Below, one piece after another: positions 40,615-50,727 of a DNA stretch of 64,000 nt (within the stretch, counting starts at the first letter, position 1; every line of letters starts with the position of its first letter). Both the position numbers and the translations under genes were made by a program. The notes beneath the pieces were generated by a model that was not told where the DNA came from, made no database searches, and saw only the letters and a program-made list of their open reading frames with translations. Source of the stretch: Nemertoderma westbladi. Taxonomy: Eukaryota > Animalia > Xenacoelomorpha. Location of the stretch: positions 1 to 64,000 of the forward strand of contig JAUCBJ010000981.1 of NCBI GenBank assembly GCA_032718475.1, in the 5' to 3' direction.

Positions 40615-41539
40615 GATGTCCTTAGATCATTGTAATGATGATGGGGTGATGATAACTCCACCTACTGGCTCCAGAAGTCGAGGAAATCCTGCCAAGTACC
40701 TAACTGATCTAGACTTTGCTGATGACTTAGGAGTACTCTCAGAATCATTAGAGGGAGCCCAACGGCTCCTCAGCTCATTAGAACATGCTGCTTCTAGTGT
40801 TGGTCTTTTTATTAACTCCAGAAAGACCAAAATTCTGACAGTTAACTTTGAAAGTCCTCAGCAAGTCTCTGATCGGATGAGCATAAGCTCAAAGGATGGT
40901 ATGCTTGAGCATGTGGGCGACTTCTGTTACCTGGGATCATGGATCCGGAAGTCAGGTGAGGACCTTCGAATACGTAAGGGAAAGGCATGGGCAGCCTTGA
41001 ATAGGCTTTCCAGGATTTGGAAGTCCCCGAGAATTAATCGAAAACTTAAGGTCCGATTATTTAGAGCAGCAGTAGTTCCAGTACTCCTCTACGGGAGTCC
41101 ATGCTGGGCTCTAACTGCTGAGGACACCAAATATCTGGATGGCACATTCACAAGAATGCTACGCCGGGTTCATTGTGTCAAGTACAATGCACACATCTCC
41201 AACGAGACACTATATAACATTGGAGGTGTCTCATTGGTTCCCCCAAGCTTGACACTAGAACAAAATCGCCTCCGCTTTGCAGGACATTGCTTTCGCCGTG
41301 AGGACCAGCCAGTGCATAATCTTGTACTTTGGCAGCCTCATGGAGTGAATAAGCATGGTGGACAGCCCATGACTTTCTTGAGACGCATCTTAAAGGACAC
41401 TGGCCTTAAAGATGCGGATGATCTAGCAAATGTCATGGGTGATAGGGAGTTGTGGCGGTGCAATTTTGTTGACAAGCCGGCACAGCATTCTTAAAAATGC
41501 AGCTGCAATGCAGCATGCCGATCCTAGTAGTAGTAGTAG
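40615..41539 (+). mobile_element. 5'-truncated RTE LINE with (TAG)n tail
   Basis: DLDFADD, FCYLGSWI, RLRFAGHCFRREDQP. (TAG)n at 41526-41539; TSD TAAAAGTGAA at 40605-40614 and 41540-41549. Confidence 0.93.
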
Positions 41540-42469
41540 TAAAAGTGAAACGGAATGATAATTATGTTTATTATATTTCAACTTTTCGATGTGGGTGCCA
41601 CCTCAAAATTTGGTCCCCAGCAGAAATTTTTTTGAAATTTTCGAATTTTACAAGGTCATTTGTGAGTTAGTAATTCTTTATGTTGGGGCTTTTTTTTATT
41701 GATTCTGATTCGTATCGAGCACTCTACTACTCTATATAAGTATGTAAGGGAAGTTGTACGTCATTTTTGGTGCACTAAAATTCGGGTGTGGCACTCCAAA
41801 TTTTCAAAATTGCAATATTTGTTAAATACTCCGAAGTTTTGATTTCCATGCATTTTTATGGTTTTTCTGGCCTGCTTAATCGATTGAAAGTAATATCGAA
41901 GATTCAATTCTTAGTGGTACATCATTTTTGGTGCACTAAAATTTGGGCATGGCAAGTAGGCTTACTTCAAATTTTCAAAATTACGATAATTACGATTTTA
42001 TTATTAATTCGGAAATGGAATATAATCACATTCGATTCAGGGTAGTGAAAAACCTACTAATGCTAGCCAACAATGCCACACTATCAGTTTTTATAATATC
42101 TAAAAATTTGTATATTTGTCCTGGGACTACTTATATTTTTCGTGAAAATTATTATACCCACCTTATAAAATTTTCATTTTTTTGGATTTGAAAATGTTCT
42201 TCGATAATTTTTTCACCTACAGCCTAAATTTCGTAGGATTTTATTGGATGATTACAAAAATACAGTGGGGGGGGGGGGGGGGGGAATCTACCCACCGCCA
42301 GTGCTGCTAATGGTCTAAACACCCCAGTGGTAATGGGGTTTAATATTAGAATAGTAAATAAAGAACGACAGATACAATACTGAATTAATTATTATACTGT
42401 AATGACATTGAGGACCGTACATAGGTGAAATACAAATACAGAATTTTTATAGAAAATATGCAACAGGTA

Positions 42470-43614
42470 AACACGAAGTGGGGCCTTCGCGCAGCACGTG
42501 AAATGAGTTAATGCTAAGTATCAACTCGAAAGGATTATAAAAACATAGGAGAAGATTTTCCCGGAAAACGTTAACCCTCTAGCGGGAGACTGGGTAACTG
42601 AAGAAGGAAGGATTAGTTTCCCTACAAAGCCACAGCCTATGGTCTATTACATATCTACCAAGTTTCCGATTGACGGATCATAAATAACGAAATGTTGGAA
42701 GGTTTTCACTTTCATACATTTAGCCCTCTAGCGGCATATTAAAGAACTACGGATCGATCACCTTCCTCACAAAGACGAGGCATGTGGTCTAGTACATACC
42801 GGTACTGTATATTCCAAAATTCAGCTTAAATAGATTAAGATCAAGGAATTCGCGAAGGTTATCACTTTCCTACATTTCGCCCTCTAGCGGCAGACTCGAA
42901 AACTCCGGACCGATTACTGTCCACACAAAGACTTAGGATGTCTTCTAGTACATATATGACAAGTTTCAGCGTAATCAGATCATAAACAACTAAATGGAAG
43001 AATAATTTCACATTCGGGACATTTCGCCCTCTAGCGGCAGACTGGAGAACTGCAGACAGATTAGCCTCCTTTGAAATTTACAGCTAATGGTCTAGTACAT
43101 ACTTCCCAAGTTTCAGCTTAAACGGATTAAAAGCAAAGAAATGGGTGGCCATTTAATGTTTAGACATGTGGCCCTCTACCGGCAGACTGGAAAACTTCGG
43201 ACCGATTACAATCCACACAAAGACTCAGGATGTCATCTAGTACATATATGACAAGTTTCAGCGTAATCAGATCATAAACAACTAAATGGAAGAATAATTT
43301 CACATTCGGGACATTTCGCCCTCTAGCGGCAGACTGGAGAACTGCAGACAGATTAGCCTCCTTTGAAATTTACAGCTAATGGTCTAGTACATACTTCCCA
43401 AGTTTCAGCTTAAACGGATTAAAAGCAAAGAAATGGGTGGCCATTTAATGTTTAGACATGTGGCCCTCTAGCGGGAGACCATTGCACTGATGGTGTCTGA
43501 AAGTCTCTCAAAAATCTCAACTTTTGCTCATATTGATACCTACAAATTTTCAACTTGGCAGCTTTAAATCCGACAAAGTTATTAGCATGTCAAAATCGTA
43601 ACGACGACGACAAC

Positions 43615-43664
<50 letters not shown>

Positions 43665-43745
43665 AACTATTTGCATAAATTGACCCACCCCCTAACAGTG
43701 TCAATTCGCTAAGGCTCCGCCAACTTCGTGGCTCGCCCCACACAA
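42470..43745 (+). mobile_element. Helentron/DINE-like non-autonomous element with ~146-bp internal tandem repeats and a (GAC)n tract
   Basis: 5' CACGAAGT is the inverse of 3' ACTTCGTG; seven repeats centred on CCCTCTAGCGG; (GAC)n at 43600-43665; 3' end CGCTAAGGCTC..CTTCGTGGCTCGCCCCAC is shared with 44315-44349. Confidence 0.6.
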
Positions 43746-43869
43746 TTCAGTGATTGGGCTGGAATAGCAATACTGGTTGCCTCTATTACAATTCCTCTCA
43801 GGTTAGTCTACAGCCACAACTCCCAGCAGCTAGCTCCACACCAGCAGAGACTTGACCAATAATGGGAAG

Positions 43870-44351
43870 GATTAAATTTGTACTCAATAATTGTGCGGTT
43901 TAATTACGTTTAGATCAATTAAAGACACATTTATTAAAGCAAATCACTTAAACTAATTAAAAACTATAATAGAATGGCGTATGGGGATTATATCTGTATA
44001 ATTTTTAAGTATAATTATTTAAATCTTATACTGTAAAACAATTAATTTCCTTTAAAAGGCAGGTTGAAAATGGCGTTTTCACCGCAATCAACTTAATTAA
44101 CTAATTAACTGCTATTATCTTAGCTTCTCGAAGGCCACACGGAAATTCTACTTGGAAAATTTCTAAACTTTTGCCAAACAACATGTGTACCAAGTTTGGA
44201 TAGATTTCATCAAAGATTGGCCGAGTTATTAACGTTTAAAATTGAACACGACAGAACGACAGAACGACAGAACGACAGAACGACAGAACGACAGGTTGAT
44301 TAATGGTACCACTACGCTAAGGCTCACTCACTTCGTGGCTCGCCCCACATT
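43870..44351 (+). mobile_element. Second Helentron/DINE-like element with a (GACAGAAC)n tract
   Basis: Same 3' end as the 43710-43742 element; 8-bp repeat at 44250-44293. 5' limit approximate. Confidence 0.55.
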
Positions 44352-44434
44352 ATAAGAAAAATATTAGAAGAAAAATTAATTAAGTGTACCAGTACCAATG
44401 TATGTATTTGTATAGCTCAAACAGTTAGTAGACT

Positions 44435-45878
44435 TAAAGTATGCTTCTTTGACACTACCTATAGAAACAGGGGACTTCACACCTGCCGAACTCCAAAGAA
44501 GCATTAAAAGCATGTCCAATAATAAAGCGAGTGGATTAGATGAAATCCCAGCGGAGGTATGGAAAACCGGAGTGCTAAATAGACCATTATTGAATGTTTG
44601 CAACCGGATGTTAAAAGGGGAAAAGCCACCACCAATTGGACTAAAGGTCAACTAAAGCGTCTCCCCAAAAAAGGAGACCTCGGCATACCAACAAACTATC
44701 GTGGGATCTGTCTGCTTGTGGTAGCTGCCAAAATATACAATAAAATGATTCTATATAGGATTAGGCCTCACATAGAGAAACTACTGCGTAAGAGCCAAAA
44801 CGGATTTCGACCAAGTAGATCAACAATAGCTCAGATACTTGCACTACGGAGACTGATTGAAGGAATTAAGTCAAAGAATCTCCCCGCAGTCATGACTTTT
44901 GTGGACTTCAAGAAGGCATTCGACTCCATCCATAGAGGTAAAATGCTTGAAATCCTAAGAGCTTATGGAATACCAGAAGTAATTGTTGCTGGCATTGGAT
45001 TGTTATATTGTGACACAGAAGCGCAGGTACTCTCACCAGATGGTGAAACTGAGTTTTTCTCAATCCTGGCTGGCGTACTGCAAGGTGACACATTAGCACC
45101 ATTACTATTTGTAATTGTGCTGGATTATGCAATGAGGACGGCCACAAAGGGTGAAGATCTGGGATTCACACTTCAAGAACGCAGAAGTGATATCCGGCAA
45201 CTACAGTCACAGACACCGACTTTGCGGATGACATCGCCCTGCTCTCTAATACGCTAGCAGATGCACAGCTTCTACTAAATAAGGTGGAGAGGGCTGCTAA
45301 GGAGGTTGGATTGCATATAAATGCTACCAAGACCGAATTCATGACCTTTAATGTTGATGGAGACTTGACAACCATTGATAATAATCAACTAAGGAAGGTC
45401 GATGACTTCCAGTACCTTGGATCATGGATAGAGAGTAGCAAAAAGGACATAGAAGTTAGGAAAGCAAAGGCTTGGGTAGCTCTATCAAAAATGGATACCA
45501 TCTGGAAATCAGATCTCTCCAGGCACCTGAAGACTAAGTTCTTTCGAGCCACAGTGGAAAGTGTAATTTTATACGGGGGTGAGACCTGGAAACTATCTGG
45601 ACTGTACTAAATCACATTGGAGGTGTTCAATTAGTCTCCCCTAGCTTGACACTTGAACGGAACCGCCTCCGCTTTGTAGGACATTGCTTTCTCCGTGAAG
45701 ACCAGCCAGTGCATAATCTTGTGTTTTGGCGGCCTTATGGCGCGAATAAGCATGGCGGACAGCCCATGACTTTCTTGCGACGCATATTAAAGGACACTGG
45801 ATGATCTAGCAAATATCATGGGTGATAGGGAGTTGTGGCGGCGCAATTTTGTCGACAAGCCGGCACAACATTCTTAAT
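44435..45878 (+). mobile_element. RTE LINE (RT domain, frameshifted) joined to the 3' end of a different RTE family
   Basis: NYRGICLL, FVDFKKAFDSIHR, GVLQGDTLAP, DFADD, FQYLGSWI; 45613-45878 matches 41217-41494. Confidence 0.88.
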
Positions 45879-45885
45879 GACACGA

Positions 45886-46436
45886 AGGAACATGTTGTTT
45901 CTCTGTTTCCAAATAATTTTACTTGCTTGATATTGGTCTGTCAAAAACATAATTCGTTCAACTCAAAATTATATTTAAGAGACCGGATCATGCTGAACAT
46001 GGTTGTATAAAATGCCTTCCTATTATTTTATTTTTATTATAATTAGCAACCATGCACTAGACAAATTATCTCATATAGTGTTGCTAAGGAAATGATTGCT
46101 TATTTGATCTGGAATGCAATACTATTTTGTTTATTATGTATGTGTGTGTGTGTTTAACTGGGTTTTGGTGTAGTTAGTTTGATTAACATGTGTCCTGCAC
46201 GGGTTAGTGTAGCTGATGAGCCAAATCCCGGCGAAACACATATGCAAAAATGTAACCAATGTGATAATTTTACTTACAGTATTTAAACAGGGTTGCGCTT
46301 TGTGTCCCTGCTTAAATAAAACGATGACTACTTACGGTTGAACAGATAGGAACATGTTGTTTCTCTGTTTCCAAATAATTTTACTTGCTTGATATTGGTC
46401 TGTCAAAAACATAATTCGTTCAACTCAAAATTATAT
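45886..46436 (+). mobile_element. Retrozyme/Penelope-like non-autonomous unit with 89-bp direct terminal repeats and an internal hammerhead motif
   Basis: Direct repeats 45886-45974 and 46348-46436 (period 462); CTGATGA-GCC..GGC-GAAAC at 46213-46237; followed by (TA)n. It interrupts the RTE 3' tail, which resumes near 46455. Confidence 0.65.
46208..46246 (+). ncRNA. Degenerate minimal hammerhead ribozyme motif
   Basis: TGTAG-CTGATGA-GCC-aaatccc-GGC-GAAAC-ACATA-TGCA; stem III looks like a CpG-decayed GAAACGCGT. Confidence 0.55.
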
Positions 46437-47759
46437 GTAATATATATATATATAATGTAGCTGCAATGCAGCATGCCGATCGAAGTAGGGGCCGCATTCA
46501 GGCACATTGAAGCCATCATTAGTCTCTACTCTACATAATAATTTACAGTAATTGAGAGCTCACCTTCTTGCTCAAACTAATGTTGTTGACAGTTATAATG
46601 AAACATCATTATAATTTCATATTAATTTTCTAATATTTTCACTTATTGTCAATTATAAATTATATAAATTTTAATGCATAATGTATTTAATTTATGTATA
46701 GTATAAGAAATAAGAAATATATATTTTTTTATAAAATTTATTATTGAAATATCAACTTCAATGTTGAGGGACTTAAATAACTATGTTAATTATTTTAAAA
46801 TGTTGTATGAATCATTAGATAATAAAATAGTAAAATTTGGAATTAATGATATTTTCTCCATCAGATATACCAACATTCTGAAACTACGGACTTTCTTTCA
46901 GCAGCTAGAAAGACATTCCACCCAATGAAAATGCGAGAAAATACAGAATAAATTTCAGAAGCAGAAAGTGAACTTACCTAATGATCAACCATCTCCCCAA
47001 TTGATTGGCTAAAGCTACACTAATACATTATATATTACATTATATACATTATATATCAATTATATTATATTGCACAAGTAGTACTTATATTTGAACTATA
47101 TACATTTTTATAATCAATAATAAATTATTAGTCTGTCTGTAGAGATAATAATTCACTTATGACCCTCCGCCTCCATATTACCCCCAACCCCATGTCCTGG
47201 AATATAGTATCTTTATTATGTGATACAAATTGTAATTATTGATACACTACTTTTATGCATTCTTAAGGATATCAAGAAAGTAGTTTGGGCTCCTGACTTA
47301 GTAGTGGATGAGAGCGCCTTTTACACAGCAGTTACTGTTTTAATTAATAAGGCACGATTTCACATCCACCAGAGGATACAACTCAGCTATTTTATCCAAA
47401 TTCTTATATTTCGATATTATATTTTTGAAAAACATGGATGGTAAACATTCTATTATAACCAATAAACCACTATAAAATTTAAGAATAAAAAAAACTGATG
47501 TGTAACTGGTTCAATGTCGTGAAGACGTTTTTTTAAACGCTTGTATCTAATCATCGGACTTTTTCAAAAAACGTCTTTCTAAAGATAGGAGAAAATAAAA
47601 TTTGTACTATACTACACTATATAAAAACTTTTCTGTTTCAAATGTCATGATCTCATGAAGATTTCTATAATTTGTTTAGGTTCATGAAACTAAATTAAGA
47701 CACACTACATGACCTCTCAACTCTGTTCATAGCTGGCAATATGTATTTCCTAAGTTGGT

Positions 47760-48322
47760 TATTAGGTGACATTATATTAGTAATATCACCTTCTCAACTG
47801 TAATTGGTAAAAAGCCACTTTCCCCATTTTCCGCTGGGTAGTGCAGGGAATTGCATCCGCTTACACTCCCCCCATGCTATCTTCCTGGTGAGAAGATAGC
47901 ATCAACCTTAAGTGCGCTTCAATTCCGCTGGAATCCAATCTAGTATTGGATGTGGGGTGGAATTTTCTTCTCGGGGTCAGCTTTCCAGACTGGCCCCCCT
48001 GGGTCTGTTTTCACTACCCATCCTTGGTACATCTGCGAGCTAAGTTGTACCAAGGCATCTGGCGTCTCTGTTTTAGACGATCGCCCTCACCCCTCACACA
48101 ATTTTATGTGTCGGACTTTGTTGTCCGTTTCTCTCTCACTAATCCCATAGGACTTATCCCCCTCCACGCTCGCTCCCCACTCTTGAATCTCGCACTCTTT
48201 ACTTCCCAATACCCCAACACATCCTCCCCATGCTCCTCCCACACTCAACCCATCTCATTCTCACTCACTTCTATTGGGCTTCACATTCTCGTTTATGCCG
48301 TCGCACTCAAGAAGTGAGGTCC
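47760..48322 (-). mobile_element. Older relative of the Gag-only LTR element: 3' LTR remnant, PPT and adjacent internal region
   Basis: ...GGAATTGCATCCGCTTACA-CTCCCCCC-ATGCTATCTTC... is colinear with 48850-49200. Confidence 0.8.
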
Positions 48323-49259
48323 TGTGACGGGATCTACGGATCCCGGTTTATCCGTTGGGTTTTCTATCCACGCGTCCCCGCCGTGTGTGAAAGGTAAAAG
48401 AGTTCTGATGTTCGGTAATATGTATAAAGGTATAATAGTCTGATATAGCACAGTATAGTATGACACGGTTACCGGTAGATAAGTATGATGGCGGTAGCGG
48501 ACGGTGACAGAAGTCCCCGTTCCACCCTACTGATCTGACTGAGTAAACTAAACTGAATAGGGAAGCACCAACAGGTAATATATGTACTGCACAGTTGGCC
48601 ATATTACTGTACCTAGTCGATGCTGTCCCCCCATTGGCTAATATCCCACTTCTCGCCCTTTCACCTTCCCTGGTGTGTTTCCCGTTGCCCCTGTTGTTCT
48701 CTCTCTGTTAGGGGTTTGGCCCCTGACCCCTATTGTGTGTGTCTCCTTTGGGGCCTATTGTCCCCGTTTACTGGGCTGACACGAGGTTGATTGGTAATCA
48801 ACCTCGTGCTCCCAATATTGATCAACGGCTTACTTTGTGGGTTCATGTTAGCGGAATTGGATAAGCTAACACTCCCCCCCATGCTATCTTCCCGGTGAGA
48901 AGATAGCATCCACCAAAAAGTTCGCTACAATTCCGCTGGATCCCGATCTAGTATCGGGTGTGGGGTGGGTTATTTTCTTTCGGAGCCGGCTTTCCGGGCC
49001 GCTCCCTATGGGTATGATATTGCTACCCTCTGGCGTTTCGTGTCGGGCCGATCGTGCGCTTCTCTCACACAACTTTTGTTTCCCCAACACTTTCGCCCTG
49101 ACTCTACTCTTCCTCTCCTCTCTTGCTCTAACTCTTGGACTTCCCTGTCCCTCACTCTTCCTCTCACTTCTCCCCACCCACGCTTGAATTGCGCCCACAC
49201 TCTCTCCACACTATCTCCATACCACCTCTCGCTATCTCTCTTGCCCTCCCTAAGGCCCT

Positions 49260-50695
49260 AATCTCTAATGCTACCCCTGTGCTATCATACCATCTACCTA
49301 CTGCTTACTAACTCTAACTATCTAACTCTACTAACTACTAACTCTACTCTCCGCTAACTCTCACTACTTCTGGCTCTAACTAAAGCCTCTAACTTTCTAC
49401 TAACTCTAACTAGAACTACTAAGTCTAGCTAACTCCTACTAACTCTCTACTTCTACTAACTCTACTTGACTCATCTAAGTCTACCAACTCTCTAGCCCTT
49501 TAACTAGAACTCCCTAACTCTACCCACTCTTCTAACTACGTGGCGCTTGCGGTGCCAACAACCACTCTACTATCTGGCACCCTATGTGCCCTTCTACTAC
49601 TCAACTACCTCTCTAGCTCTACTACCTGGCACCCTATGTGCCCTCTCTGCTCTACTCTACTACCTGGCACCCTATGTGCCCTCTCTACTACTCTACTCTA
49701 TCTCTAACTCTCTAACTCTACTACCTGGCACCCTATGTGCCCTCTCTACTACTCTGCTCTATCTCTAACTCTCTAACTCTACTACCTGGCACCCTATGTG
49801 CCCGTCTCTACTATTCTACTCTATCTCTAACTCTCTAACTCTACTACCTGGCAACCTATGCGCCCGTCTCTACTATTCTACTCTCTGGCACCCTATGTGC
49901 CCTCTCTGCTACCTCTAACACTCTACTCTACTACCTGGCACCCTATGTGCCCTCTCTACTACTCTACTCTATCTCTAACTTACTTCCTTTACATCCACTC
50001 GCCTGCACGTGACGCTCTGAATGCCGGCAGAGTGGGTACGTTAATTATGTGAACTACTACTAACTCTTACTAACTCTACTAACTCTCTACTAACTCTACT
50101 AACTCCACTAACTCTCTACTAACTCAACTAACTCTACTACTAACTCAACTAACTCTACTACTAACTCTTTTTGTGCCCGGCACCTCTTGTGCCCGGCACC
50201 CACCCTAATTAACATACCCTGCTCTTACATCAAACACGTCATCACGCCCGTGCCCCACTAAGTTCAGCGCATTCCCTACTAACTCTAACTACGTGGCGCT
50301 TACGGTGCCCACAACCCTCTACTGCTACTACTTTCTTTCTAACTAACGGTACTACGTACCCTCTAACTAACTCTAACTCCACTAACTAACGGTACTACGT
50401 ACCCTCTAACTCTTACTCTAACTAGCGGTACTACGTACCCTCTCACTACTCTAACTCCACTAACTAACGGTACTACGTACCCTCTTACTAACCTAACTAA
50501 CGGTACTACGTACCCTCTAACTAACTTCTCTAACTCCACTAACTAACGGTACTACGTACCTTCTTACTAACTTCTCTGACTCTACTCTTACTAACGGTAC
50601 TGCGTACCCTCTAACTCTTACTCTCTAACGGTACTATGTACCACCCTCTAACTAACTAACTAACTAACTAACTCTTACTACCTAACTTCTACCTA
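49260..50695 (-). repeat. Low-complexity (CTAACT/CTACT) region with two arrays of short palindromic hairpins
   Basis: GGCAC-CCTAT-GTGCC x8 (49576-49951) and GGTAC-TAC-GTACC x8 (50348-50642). Confidence 0.9.
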
Positions 50696-50727
50696 CTCTA
50701 TTATTTAATTATTTTCATTAATTTTAA

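Noticed and set aside
34863-42343. One large piggyBac-like element (TTAACCCT at 34863, GGGGTTTAA near 42340)
   Set aside because: The two ends match only weakly and there is no transposase; they are more likely ends of separate MITEs.
46971-47000. Minus-strand splice donor AG|GTAAG as a GPCR coding exon
   Set aside because: The phase-1 frame hits TGA within three codons; at most a UTR exon, with no support.
49576-50642. CRISPR array (palindromic repeats with spacers)
   Set aside because: Spacers are low-complexity and related to each other, repeats are only 13-15 bp, and the array lies inside an LTR element.
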